Shown here piece by piece: positions 1 through 9,431 of a DNA stretch of 64,000 nt. Positions within the stretch are counted from its first letter, which is position 1; each line of letters starts with the position of its first letter. The position numbers and the translations under genes were made by a program. The notes below the pieces were generated by a model. It did not search any database, had not been told where the DNA came from, and saw nothing but the letters and a program-made list of their open reading frames with translations. This DNA is from Escherichia phage vB_EcoM_KWBSE43-6. The DNA lies in sequence record NC_048186.1; one strand, given 5' to 3'.

Positions 1-2328
1 ATGACAGATATCCTTGAAAAATTTGGCAACCTGTTAAAAGAAGCTGCGACGCCGGAAGATATCCCGGTTCCATTTGATGTGCGCGGTGATGTTACCCACA
101 AACTCACCTTCCGTAAGGGGCGGGCGAAGAACTTCCGTTCTATTGGTAATGAATTCATGGAAATTGATTACCAACGAAACCCAGCAACGCTCGTCACATC
201 TGATGATAATGGTGCCGGGAAATCCACCATGTTGGTCTGGCTGTTATTCTTTGTCCTGTACAACGATACTTACAGCAAGAAAGAGAAGAAGGCCGGGCTG
301 GTAAACTCTCAGAACAAAAAAGACTGTGTGGGAGAAGTGGAATTTGCCTGCCGGGGTAGTGAATGGAAGGTCCGCCGTGGGATCAAACCCGACTTCGTTG
401 AAGTTCATCAGCTGGTTGATGGGGAATGGAAACAGGTTGTAAACGAAGCGGCTAAAGCCGACATGAACAAGTATATCGTCAACCTGATCGGCATCGACCA
501 GAAAATGTTTGAAAACTCCCTGGTTCTGGGTAAAGAGAAATTCATCCCGTTCACGGAAATGTATACGGCTGACCGCCGTACCATGGTGGAAGCGATATGG
601 GATCTCGGCTTCTTCAGCCTGATGAACGAAGACGTCAAGGCAAAGATCAAGGTGCTCAACAAAACGTTGGAAGACATTTCCAATGATTTTGGTATGAAAA
701 TGATTGATCATACCAACAAAAAGACGCAGCTGGCACAGATCATTGAATCCAATAACCGCATCCAACAACAGTCTGCCGAAATCCTGGAGCAGGAACGGAT
801 CCGGCTTTCCAGTCTGGATGCGGATATTTCTTCGTACCAAGATGAAATGGCCCGGCTACAGGAAGTCGAAGTCAACACCAAAAAGGAAATTGGTGAAGTA
901 GAAAGTCGTCTCAATCAAGAATCTACTGAAGAGATAGAAAATCTAAAGGCACAATATGCCGAGAAGATGAAAGCAGTAGATGATATTGCATCAGATAAAG
1001 CTGAGGACTATGAGCGTATAGAATTGTCTTCGGCTGAGCAGGCGCTTAACAATATCCGAGACCAAGCCCGTAAGGTCACTGAACGCAAGAACGAAGTACT
1101 CAACCAGCGCAATGAGAATCTGAATGTTCTCAACGAAGCGATGGAAAGGATGCGTTATGGCGAAGGTTTCAGGATCAAATTCCAAACCGAAAAAGAAGGG
1201 TATCAGGAATCCATTCAGAAGTTCCATGATATGGGTACTTGCCCAACTTGCCAACAAGAAGTATCTGAAGAAGCTAAATCCCAGGTCCAATACGAAGGCA
1301 ACATCAAAATTAAAGATGTAGATTCCCGTATTGAACGACTGGAAACTATGCTGGAAGAAATCAATACCACCATAGCAGAGCACAAAGCGAAGGATGATGA
1401 ATTTGTTCGCCAGATCGCCGAAATCGATTCTGAGTTAAGTTCTCTGCGAGACCAAGCGGCAGAAGCGCATAATGGTATTGAAACGATTAAACGGGATATT
1501 CAGGAGTTCTACAAAACTGCTGAAATTGAGAAGGCTTCTCTTGACCGTGAACTCAAATCTCAAATCCTGTCTAACCGCCAGGCACTGAACACCAGGTTCG
1601 ATGACATTACGGCATCATTACAACAAACGTTAGAGACAGCCTCTCAGGGGCGCGCAACTGTCAAGGATAAGATCGGCGAGCTGAAAGCCCGTCGTGCCCC
1701 TCTCGTTGCTTCGATTGCCGATTTAGAGCGTAAACTATCCGTACAGCCGACTCCAACTGCCGACCTGGAAGCAGTCATTGCGGGTATTGAACAATCTCTG
1801 AAAGATCTGGAAGAACGACGCCAAACGACAGATGAAGAACTTCAGGATCATAATCATCTTCTCCACTTCTTGAAGGATGACCAGACCAAGGCCCGCATTA
1901 TCTCCTTGTACCTGCCATTCTTGAATAAGAAGATCAATGAATATCTGGAAGGGATGAATATGTTCTTGGACATTTCTGTGGACGATACGTTTGATATCAC
2001 CATGGGAACCGCCGGGCGTAAAGGGCAAAGTCTCTTCAGCTTATCTTCCGGCCAGCGCGTCCGTGTTAACATTGCCATCACCATGGCTCTGCGTGACGTC
2101 GCTAATCTGAAAGCATCTGTCCAATGTAACATACTGGTGTTTGACGAAGTGCTGGAGAATCTTTCTGAGCGCGGTGTACAAGAATGCATTGAGATGCTGA
2201 AATACAAATTCAGCAATAATAATCTCTTCGTCATCAGTCAACGTGAGCAGGAATTCCAAGAATACTTTTCTCATAACATTCGTTATGGTCTGCGGAACGG
2301 TATGACCCAGGTGATCAGCAAAGAGTGA
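1..2328 (+). CDS. Recombination endonuclease ATPase subunit, SbcC/Rad50 family (T4 gp46-like)
   Basis: 775 aa; Walker A NGAGKST near N-terminus; long coiled-coil middle with CPTC zinc-hook-like motif (T4 gp46 has CPTC at the equivalent place); ABC signature/Walker B region near C-terminus (LSSGQ, ILVFDEV). Confidence 0.8.
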   Translation: MTDILEKFGNLLKEAATPEDIPVPFDVRGDVTHKLTFRKGRAKNFRSIGNEFMEIDYQRNPATLVTSDDNGAGKSTMLVWLLFFVLYNDTYSKKEKKAGLVNSQNKKDCVGEVEFACRGSEWKVRRGIKPDFVEVHQLVDGEWKQVVNEAAKADMNKYIVNLIGIDQKMFENSLVLGKEKFIPFTEMYTADRRTMVEAIWDLGFFSLMNEDVKAKIKVLNKTLEDISNDFGMKMIDHTNKKTQLAQIIESNNRIQQQSAEILEQERIRLSSLDADISSYQDEMARLQEVEVNTKKEIGEVESRLNQESTEEIENLKAQYAEKMKAVDDIASDKAEDYERIELSSAEQALNNIRDQARKVTERKNEVLNQRNENLNVLNEAMERMRYGEGFRIKFQTEKEGYQESIQKFHDMGTCPTCQQEVSEEAKSQVQYEGNIKIKDVDSRIERLETMLEEINTTIAEHKAKDDEFVRQIAEIDSELSSLRDQAAEAHNGIETIKRDIQEFYKTAEIEKASLDRELKSQILSNRQALNTRFDDITASLQQTLETASQGRATVKDKIGELKARRAPLVASIADLERKLSVQPTPTADLEAVIAGIEQSLKDLEERRQTTDEELQDHNHLLHFLKDDQTKARIISLYLPFLNKKINEYLEGMNMFLDISVDDTFDITMGTAGRKGQSLFSLSSGQRVRVNIAITMALRDVANLKASVQCNILVFDEVLENLSERGVQECIEMLKYKFSNNNLFVISQREQEFQEYFSHNIRYGLRNGMTQVISKE

Positions 2329-2666
2329 TCATGAAAGTCGTCCATTTCAAGAAGGAACCATATGACATCTACATCGGGAGACCCGGAAAATGGGGGAACC
2401 CGTTTGAGGTCAAATATCATGGGCGCGGTAATTGCATCGAATTATTTGAAGATGATCTTTACCGACGTTTGATAAATGGAGATATCACGGAAGATGAACT
2501 CCTTGAATTGGACGGAAAGGTCTTAGGGTGTTGGTGTAAGCCGCGCCCTTGCCACGGCGATGTTTATGTCAAAGTGATCAACCGTATTAAACTATTCCGA
2601 TTGATGGGTAAATCCTTTGTAGAGCACTTGAGACAAACTTATGAAAAAGGTTCTTGTAAAACTTGA
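2325..2666 (+). CDS. Small conserved protein, DUF4326-like (GCWCKPxPCHGDV motif)
   Basis: 113 aa; CWC-x3-PCHGD motif typical of DUF4326 family; start overlaps gp46 stop (ATGA). Confidence 0.4.
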   Translation: MIMKVVHFKKEPYDIYIGRPGKWGNPFEVKYHGRGNCIELFEDDLYRRLINGDITEDELLELDGKVLGCWCKPRPCHGDVYVKVINRIKLFRLMGKSFVEHLRQTYEKGSCKT

Positions 2667-3006
2667 TTGCCAACCATATTTTCCTGATGTTTGGTTTACC
2701 AATAGCCGTGTTCTCTTTTCACAACAAGTATCCAAAATAAGAGAAGAGGGTATTCCCCAAGATTTTGGTGATACCATTGGGATGGTTAGCTCTAATGAGA
2801 GCAGGAGCAAAATGGTCATCGGTCTATTCATTTCCGATTCTGGGGTACTTGTACATGAATTAAGCCATGCTGTGATCAATATATTTGAAGCTATCAACAT
2901 GGTGGCAAATACTCATACGACGGAGGCATTTGCATATCTGTTGGAAAGTTTATACAACCAATGCAATAATCATTTGAACTCCTGGAGTATTTCAGATGGG
3001 AAATAA
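2641..3006 (+). CDS. Hypothetical protein with HExxH motif (possible minimal zinc metallopeptidase-like)
   Basis: 121 aa ORF; VHELSHAV motif; AT-rich; start uncertain. Confidence 0.3.
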   Translation: MKKVLVKLDCQPYFPDVWFTNSRVLFSQQVSKIREEGIPQDFGDTIGMVSSNESRSKMVIGLFISDSGVLVHELSHAVINIFEAINMVANTHTTEAFAYLLESLYNQCNNHLNSWSISDGK

Positions 3007-3277
3007 CATAGACGAAATATTCGAGGCATCAAAGATTGCATGTGACACCTGGAATAGCAATAACCCGAAGTTTCCTGTGGCCATCGGTGTTATTTCATAC
3101 CATCTTGAAGGATACGTGATATTTGTTGACGGGAAAATCAACTTTTACCGTGATGGGCATGAATTCAACGGATTATTCAAGATCGGGAATTACAAAACTT
3201 CATTTGAAGACCCTATGGAACTGGTCTATGCCTGGTTAGAATGCATCGAAGAATGCTATAACGCCAAATTTGAATAA
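2996..3277 (+). CDS. Hypothetical protein
   Basis: 93 aa ORF followed by hairpin terminator. Confidence 0.3.
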   Translation: MGNNIDEIFEASKIACDTWNSNNPKFPVAIGVISYHLEGYVIFVDGKINFYRDGHEFNGLFKIGNYKTSFEDPMELVYAWLECIEECYNAKFE

Positions 3278-3281
3278 TGAT

Positions 3282-3316
3282 AAAGGGCGCTAATTATCTG
3301 GTGCCCTTTATCTTTT
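3282..3316 (+). terminator. Intrinsic terminator hairpin (AAAGGGCGC...GTGCCCTTT + T-run)
   Basis: GC stem followed by TTTATCTTTT. Confidence 0.5.
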
Positions 3317-3374
3317 AACCCTGTCAGGAGGCTCAATCGAGCTGCAAGTCGACAAACAAATAAGGAACGCCATC

Positions 3375-3992
3375 ATGACGATGACAACGTTGAAGGCCAT
3401 GGCTGCTTTCGTGACCTTTACCATTGCCAGCGGGAGTGTGCACGCTTCCCAAAGTACATCACAATGTGACTATGATTTTTCTGAGCAACAACTATCCACC
3501 ATGGCGACTGCATACCACGTAGGCAAGTCCCAATCTCTTGGTTACACCCTGGCAGCTATATCCTGGAGAGAGTCCCGTGCGGGCGAAGACGTCGTGTCTA
3601 TGCGATCTGGTATCAAAGCCGCCAATATGGGAGCATTTCAAAACAAAGTTCAAAGTGTTGGGGATCGGGAAGGATGCAAGAACAGAAAGTGCTATGCCAA
3701 TGTAGCTGTGAAACTTTTGATTGATCAGGAGTATGCTGCCAACGCCGCGCTGGATGAGATGAATTTCTGGATGAACCAACATAATCAGAATGTACGCAAG
3801 TCTCTTTCATCGTATAATGCCGGGCACGCACGCAACAGCAAATCGAATTCGTATTCTGCCGATGTAGTGAAGAAGGCTAAATATCTGCAAAGATGTGTGT
3901 CTTTCAAAGGCATTCCCGCGAGTTCGAAAGTTGATCCTCAGGTGATAGCCATGAACAAGCGCACGATAGAGAAACTCAAGAGGACGCGATAA
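3375..3992 (+). CDS. Secreted lytic transglycosylase-like protein (SLT domain) with N-terminal signal peptide
   Basis: 205 aa; hydrophobic N-terminus ending ASGSVHA; SLT-like motifs ISWRESRAG (catalytic E-S), GAFQ, SYNAG. Confidence 0.5.
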   Translation: MTMTTLKAMAAFVTFTIASGSVHASQSTSQCDYDFSEQQLSTMATAYHVGKSQSLGYTLAAISWRESRAGEDVVSMRSGIKAANMGAFQNKVQSVGDREGCKNRKCYANVAVKLLIDQEYAANAALDEMNFWMNQHNQNVRKSLSSYNAGHARNSKSNSYSADVVKKAKYLQRCVSFKGIPASSKVDPQVIAMNKRTIEKLKRTR

Positions 3993-4630
3993 TGAATATC
4001 ACCCCATCTCAAACAGGTTATGAGCACTTGATGGTATTCCTGGCTATTCAGGGAGCGAAAGAGGGCATCATAACTTCAGAATACAGCGGGACCGTCCGCT
4101 TGATCGACTACACGGCCAGCGAAGCATTTATCAAGAAATGTATCACAGCATGGACCAAATATGCTGTTGGGACTTACCCGGCCCCTCCTGCGGGAGAACT
4201 GTTATTTGTCGTGCCTACCCTGGCGACAACCGATACTGACGAGATCTTTGCCGATATGCTGTCCAAAGGATATCTGGCTTATGACACACAGCATGATATC
4301 TATGACTTCTCGGCCTTGAATCGGGTGTTCGGTTATACGATCACTTCTGAAGCGAATATCCCAGATTGGGGGATCCTGGCTTGGGGTAAAGATGGCCTTG
4401 GGGCGACATATGCTTCATCTGATGTTGGACCAGTCCTTATTGATCCGGGCGTTACCATGGAGCAGTACCTTGCTCAATTCCCTCAGCATGGCGTAACAGG
4501 TAGCGACATCATTATCGTATACCCTGGTTCTAACGCCCTTGAGCGTCTTGTGTCCGGATGGGATCCACATCTGAAAGCGGTCGTAGAAGGTATCCGGTTC
4601 TACATTCCGGTGGTGAACCCCACGCCTTAA
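3992..4630 (+). CDS. Hypothetical protein
   Basis: 212 aa ORF, start overlaps upstream stop (ATAATG); followed by terminator. Confidence 0.45.
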   Translation: MNITPSQTGYEHLMVFLAIQGAKEGIITSEYSGTVRLIDYTASEAFIKKCITAWTKYAVGTYPAPPAGELLFVVPTLATTDTDEIFADMLSKGYLAYDTQHDIYDFSALNRVFGYTITSEANIPDWGILAWGKDGLGATYASSDVGPVLIDPGVTMEQYLAQFPQHGVTGSDIIIVYPGSNALERLVSGWDPHLKAVVEGIRFYIPVVNPTP

Positions 4631-4643
4631 AATAATTCAATAA

Positions 4644-4670
4644 AAAGGGGCTTCGGCCCCTTTACTTATT
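4644..4670 (+). terminator. Intrinsic terminator (AAAGGGGC TTCG GCCCCTTT)
   Basis: Perfect GC stem with TTCG tetraloop and T-tract. Confidence 0.6.
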
Positions 4671-4739
4671 CAATAACTACCCCTATAATTCAATACATAA
4701 GCAGTACGATGAAACAAATTGAAACGAAGGAACTATATT

Positions 4740-5015
4740 ATGAAAATTATCCTCGACGCATATATCCACTACGGCAAGAAATATCTGATGGCGAAAGTGT
4801 ACGACGGTGAAACCCTGGTACATACCCAGACCCATGAAGATTCTAAACTCCGCGAAATTTTGGCGCGTGACTTCCCAGGTGTTGAAGTTATTGAGCCGAC
4901 TAACCAGGCTGAAGTTGACAAAGAGTGGGAACGCGAGTGGAGTCCGGCTGCGTTAGCCACCGCCGAAAAGAACTGGAATAACCGTGAAAACGCCAACCGC
5001 CCGTTTCGTCGTTGA
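4740..5015 (+). CDS. Hypothetical protein
   Basis: ORF with AAGGA RBS upstream of ATG at 4740. Confidence 0.4.
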   Translation: MKIILDAYIHYGKKYLMAKVYDGETLVHTQTHEDSKLREILARDFPGVEVIEPTNQAEVDKEWEREWSPAALATAEKNWNNRENANRPFRR

Positions 5016-5025
5016 GGATAAAGAT

Positions 5026-5373
5026 ATGATCACATTAAAAGATTTTACCAAAGACGATTATTTTTGTTTCATGGGTGCCGAGAAATTTGAGAATGGGGAC
5101 TTACCACGAATTTACTATTTCTCTGACACGGAAGTGGAAGAATTTTTCGATCTGATGGGCATTAGCAACGATCAGGACGGCGGTAATTGGGCATATCTTC
5201 TGCACCACAATGAAGGATTTGTCCTTGGTTGGTTCTATGGAGATGAGTTTCCTGAAGTCTGCTGGAAAGCAGGTGACAGCTCCGAAAGGGTTGAATATCT
5301 CTTGGAAAAACTTGACAGCGAAACCCTCCCTCTTTGGGCAGCGTCGGTTGCCTCTGCTGAACAACGTTTTTGA
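5026..5373 (+). CDS. Hypothetical protein
   Basis: ORF, GAGGA RBS before ATG at 5026. Confidence 0.4.
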   Translation: MITLKDFTKDDYFCFMGAEKFENGDLPRIYYFSDTEVEEFFDLMGISNDQDGGNWAYLLHHNEGFVLGWFYGDEFPEVCWKAGDSSERVEYLLEKLDSETLPLWAASVASAEQRF

Positions 5374-5449
5374 AGTACAAGGGGCTATAATGCCCCTTTC
5401 CTTTCGCTAATTAAGGAAAACCGACTGCTTTCTTATCAGGAGAACCACC

Positions 5450-7417
5450 ATGTCTATACCAAAATTTTTAGATTTCATAAAAGAGCGAGACCAGTTGGAT
5501 GAAGCGTTCAACTCCGCTCCTTATGAACTCACGATGGGCAAGAAAAATGCCGGGGACGTTTTCTTCACCTTCATCGACGAAGATGATAAAGAATACCGTA
5601 TCCAGTTCTATACCCCACAAGGTCTGGGTAAAAACGTCCGCCAGGTCTTCATCGGCCAGAAACGTGGTTCAGTTTATCCTGATGCCATCGCACGTTTCAA
5701 GAACCCGATGCGCGTTATCGCCAGCATGATCGAAGCCACCAAGCAATTCATGGCGACACCTCTGGGCAAGACTATCGATGGCTATGCCGTCAACTTCTCT
5801 AAGAAAGCGCTGGATCGTGGTATGACCCTGATCCCGAAAATCATTCGTCAATCCGGCCTCAAACAGAAACTGAACGTCATGGATCTGACCTACGCGCCTG
5901 TCCCTGACCGTGGTTACGTTTGGCTTGTCAAGAAAGGTAAAGACCCGGCCCAGGTATTTGACGGTCCGAAGATGCAGGGTATCACCTGGGACGATCCAGA
6001 CAAAGTCGGTGACGTTCCTCCTGAGCAGCCTGAACAGAATGTGTCGTCCCCGGCATCAATAAAGAACGGTGTCGCTCAGCATATGACGTCTCAAGACATG
6101 GATAATCATCCATTCCGCCGGAAAGTTCTGTCTATGATCGACGCGGCTGTTCAGAAAGAAGGCATCGCGACGCCGGGGGGTTCCAAAGGTTTCTACAAAT
6201 TCACGAATGGCGGCACTTTCCGTGTATACTTCGACAGAGTCCAGAACGATACATTTTTTGGTTCATTGGCCACGGATGCGGGTTTAGTGGAAATCAAATC
6301 CCCGTTCAATGCTGATTATGTGGCTGGTGATTTCTTATCAGCTATCCGGAAAGCTGCTGCCGCACGTCGAGATAAAAGTTGGGACGTGATGGTTGACGAA
6401 TACAAAAATATTCTGAAAGCCCCTGTTACCAAAACCGATACCACCGCGGTCGGTAATGCAATATTTATCGATGGGTTCAAAATTATTTCGGCTCTGGCCC
6501 GCAAATCGGATTTCATCGTTTTAAATCTTGACGTATATGATCCCAACGGGAATCAGGTCAATCTTCCGATAACGGTTAGATCAATTGACGTTGATGAAAA
6601 TAAACCGAAGGATTTGAAATCTTTATTCAACACATCAGTGAAAAATGCGTTGGAAGTTGCTAAACGTAGCAGTGATTTCTCAAACCCAAATCCGAATTCA
6701 AATTCCAACGGGCCTGATCTCACTACAGACCGTTGGCGGGCTTTATCGAATGCTTTCTTTAAAGTCAAAGATATCCATGGGGTCGCCAGCCGCACATCGA
6801 CTTATGGGGGCATTGTATTCGGCGGGAAGGGTGCTGTGGTTGTCACGATGAACCGGGGCGTCCGTGTTCAAGATGATCCCGTGTTTGTTACGGTCAAAGC
6901 TGTATCTGAACTCGGCCCTAAAGGGCAAGATATTGGCAAGCCAATCGTTATCCGTAATATCGACATAACGAAGCCGTCCAAATTAACTCCCCAAATCCAA
7001 GCAGCAGTTGACCAATTAGCGCCACTGGTAAAACCCAACGGTAGAAAAACTGCGGAAGAGCTGGCGGCATATGGTGAAAGCATAAGGGAATCAGCACCTT
7101 CAACCCGTGATATCGATTGGGAAGTTTATGCAAGCCGTGATGGTGAAACCATGGCTGTCGGTTGGACTCTGACTTTCCGTCGTAATACTTCTGAGGGTGC
7201 ATATCTGGAATACAAAGGTCAGATCGACCGTGCGAACCAGTATCTCAAATCTGTTTATGATGATGCCAAATCGAAAGGCTATATCCCGTCAGAGCCTCGG
7301 TATGCCACTCTGGAAATGGCCAAACAAGCTGACGAAATTACCTTCCGAAACGAGGGGAGCGCTTACAGCGAATACGAGCAGTCCCTCGGTGGCCGAATGG
7401 AAATCAGTATCAGTTAA
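5450..7417 (+). CDS. Large hypothetical protein (655 aa)
   Basis: Long uninterrupted ORF with AGGAG RBS; no motif confidently recognised; ends at terminator. Confidence 0.55.
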   Translation: MSIPKFLDFIKERDQLDEAFNSAPYELTMGKKNAGDVFFTFIDEDDKEYRIQFYTPQGLGKNVRQVFIGQKRGSVYPDAIARFKNPMRVIASMIEATKQFMATPLGKTIDGYAVNFSKKALDRGMTLIPKIIRQSGLKQKLNVMDLTYAPVPDRGYVWLVKKGKDPAQVFDGPKMQGITWDDPDKVGDVPPEQPEQNVSSPASIKNGVAQHMTSQDMDNHPFRRKVLSMIDAAVQKEGIATPGGSKGFYKFTNGGTFRVYFDRVQNDTFFGSLATDAGLVEIKSPFNADYVAGDFLSAIRKAAAARRDKSWDVMVDEYKNILKAPVTKTDTTAVGNAIFIDGFKIISALARKSDFIVLNLDVYDPNGNQVNLPITVRSIDVDENKPKDLKSLFNTSVKNALEVAKRSSDFSNPNPNSNSNGPDLTTDRWRALSNAFFKVKDIHGVASRTSTYGGIVFGGKGAVVVTMNRGVRVQDDPVFVTVKAVSELGPKGQDIGKPIVIRNIDITKPSKLTPQIQAAVDQLAPLVKPNGRKTAEELAAYGESIRESAPSTRDIDWEVYASRDGETMAVGWTLTFRRNTSEGAYLEYKGQIDRANQYLKSVYDDAKSKGYIPSEPRYATLEMAKQADEITFRNEGSAYSEYEQSLGGRMEISIS

Positions 7418-7422
7418 CCAAT

Positions 7423-7440
7423 AAGCCCCTTCGGGGGCTT
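7423..7440 (+). terminator. Intrinsic terminator (AAGCCCC TTCG GGGGCTT)
   Basis: GC stem, TTCG loop; immediately abuts late-promoter motif. Confidence 0.55.
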
Positions 7441-7447
7441 ATAAATA
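7440..7447 (+). promoter_or_regulatory. T4-type late promoter motif TATAAATA
   Basis: Exact TATAAATA 25 nt upstream of ATG 7472, GAGGAG RBS between. Confidence 0.45.
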
Positions 7448-7471
7448 AATGAAATTCTTGAGGAGATCACC

Positions 7472-8038
7472 ATGAAATCTTTTATCCAATATTTTAACGA
7501 ACAAGCCCAGCAACCGATGACCCATGCCGGGGTACAGGGCAAAAGCGTTACCATCAAAAAGCAAGCTGACGGCACTCAGTGGTGCTCCGGTACTGTTACC
7601 CAGATCACTCCAGACAACGCCGCCGACACCTATAATCTGGAACTGACTGACGGCAACACTGTGAAAACGGTTTTGACCCCTGATCAGGTTCACGCTGTTT
7701 CTCAAGGTCGGGAAGTTGTTTCTGTACACGGTGGGTTTGAATTCTTCTTTGGTAAATCGCCGGACGTTGGCCAGGTTACTGAAGCATATGCTCAGGAACT
7801 CGCCAATATGGACAAAATGATCGGTAAGGCGCTGGGCGTCGGTACATCTCGCAAGAGCGGGCGTACCGAGTTTGAATATTCGGGCATCCCCGGTATCGGC
7901 AAATCTGTTTCTATCGACTTCGGTGGCGAAGACGACCCGTATGTGATCGTTACTATGGGCGGGAAGCAACAGGACATCAGCAAAGGTAAAACGTTGGCTG
8001 TTGATATTGCCAAGTACCTGGGTGTCAAGCCTGTCTAA
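7472..8038 (+). CDS. Hypothetical late protein (188 aa)
   Basis: ORF preceded by late promoter motif and strong RBS. Confidence 0.55.
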   Translation: MKSFIQYFNEQAQQPMTHAGVQGKSVTIKKQADGTQWCSGTVTQITPDNAADTYNLELTDGNTVKTVLTPDQVHAVSQGREVVSVHGGFEFFFGKSPDVGQVTEAYAQELANMDKMIGKALGVGTSRKSGRTEFEYSGIPGIGKSVSIDFGGEDDPYVIVTMGGKQQDISKGKTLAVDIAKYLGVKPV

Positions 8039-8049
8039 GGGGGGTTGTA

Positions 8050-8477
8050 TGAGAGGGTTCCAGGACTTCTTGACAGAAGCCAAGCAAGTTGGTTGGCGTT
8101 TGGCCAAGACGGAATACACGTGCTCCCTTGTGTACGATAGCAAAGGTCCGAGCTATTCAATCTATCAAGGTAAGACGCCCGGTGTGTTCTATGGCCACAA
8201 ATCCCCTAGTGGTTCGGCCATCAAAGGCGACCCACAGGAGTTGGCCAAGAAGTTGAATCTTCCCCCTATCCCAGAAGATCTGCTTAGATCATTCCTGGAA
8301 GGGGTTAAGAAGCTGAAAACTGAAGCAAGCATTGACTATCAAGAAATTGGCGACCGTAAATTCAGACGAAAAGATGGTTCTTGGATAGAACTGATTCCGG
8401 CTGATGAGCACGGTGAATTACCACCAGCCACGATAAAGATCAGCCCAGAAATGGCTAAAGACCTGGGCCTTGGTTAA
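8050..8477 (+). CDS. Hypothetical protein
   Basis: ORF starting MRGFQDF; start chosen at ATG 8050. Confidence 0.4.
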
Positions 8478-8480
8478 CCA

Positions 8481-8515
8481 AAATCCCCCTAAATACAGGG
8501 GGATTTCTTTTTCTG
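8481..8515 (+). terminator. Intrinsic terminator (AAATCCCCC...GGGGGATTT + T-run)
   Basis: 9-bp GC-rich stem followed by CTTTTTCT. Confidence 0.6.
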
Positions 8516-8526
8516 AGGACACTAAA

Positions 8527-8880
8527 ATGGTCAATGCAAGTGCATTTATCAACCGTGGTCTGCTGGCGATAGCACACACCCATGCTCTCCACTTCGTCAC
8601 ACATTCATATTCGAAACATAAGGCGCTCGGGGAGTTCTATGGGGACCTCGAGGACTTGCTCGATACCTTCACCGAAGCATACATCGGCGCGGGTGGTGTA
8701 TACGCGCCAGGATTTGAGAACACCAAGTTGTTTAATCCAGACCCGATCCAATATATCCAGAGCATCGTTATCGACGTCGACGCCATTTATCGGCAGTGCG
8801 ATTCTCATCTGCAAAATACATTGGATGAAATCAAAACCCTGTGTTTTCAGACTCTTTATAAACTGAAGCAACTGGCGTAG
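8527..8880 (+). CDS. Hypothetical protein (helical; weak resemblance to ferritin/Dps-like four-helix proteins)
   Basis: ORF with GAGGA RBS; His-rich helix HTHALHFVTHSYSKH; assignment weak. Confidence 0.35.
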   Translation: MVNASAFINRGLLAIAHTHALHFVTHSYSKHKALGEFYGDLEDLLDTFTEAYIGAGGVYAPGFENTKLFNPDPIQYIQSIVIDVDAIYRQCDSHLQNTLDEIKTLCFQTLYKLKQLA

Positions 8881-8936
8881 TCTATAAATCATAGCGTGAG
8901 TATCATACGGGAATATTTCCAACAAGGACTCACGCT

Positions 8937-9431
8937 ATGACATGCATATCTGTTCCTCATTATATCATTGCCTTCAATGAACAGGATATCGGAAAGACTC
9001 CATTGGTTTTTATGGAGTCACAACTCCATATTAATAAGTTCGTTAAGTTTTTACTCGGTGGTTGTCATATTTACAAGAAAACCAAGCATTTTGCCTCTAT
9101 GAATATCATTTCCGTATCTGATCCATATGTGATAAATGAGTTCAATAGCCTCCCGATAAGATGTCTGACTCTTCCTGACGTTAAAAAATGCGAAGATTTC
9201 GTGAATGCACACAAGAATGAGAATGTACGGGATGCGATTCCGGATTATGAAAAGCTAATCCAACAGGCTTATCCTGATTTGGATTCCCACATGGATGAAA
9301 GAAAGGGGTTATTGTGTATCCGTATTTGGGCTATTGATATTGAAAGTGTGGATTACAGTTCACAGAAATTATTGTTTACAAAAGAAGCGGACGCCTTGAG
9401 TGCCGTTGAATTATTCCGGAGCGCAATGTAA
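8937..9431 (+). CDS. Hypothetical protein (AT-rich island)
   Basis: 164 aa ORF, visibly lower GC than flanks. Confidence 0.4.
   Translation: MTCISVPHYIIAFNEQDIGKTPLVFMESQLHINKFVKFLLGGCHIYKKTKHFASMNIISVSDPYVINEFNSLPIRCLTLPDVKKCEDFVNAHKNENVRDAIPDYEKLIQQAYPDLDSHMDERKGLLCIRIWAIDIESVDYSSQKLLFTKEADALSAVELFRSAM

Noticed and set aside
74-1383. Internal and antisense ORFs inside the gp46 gene (74-304 +, 244-840 -, 408-683 -, 991-1383 -)
   Set aside because: They lie entirely within a long, motif-rich coding frame and have no independent RBS or recognisable motif; treated as shadow ORFs
5450-7417. Alt-like ADP-ribosyltransferase call
   Set aside because: Only loosely matching R/STS/ExE-like strings with wrong spacing; kept as hypothetical
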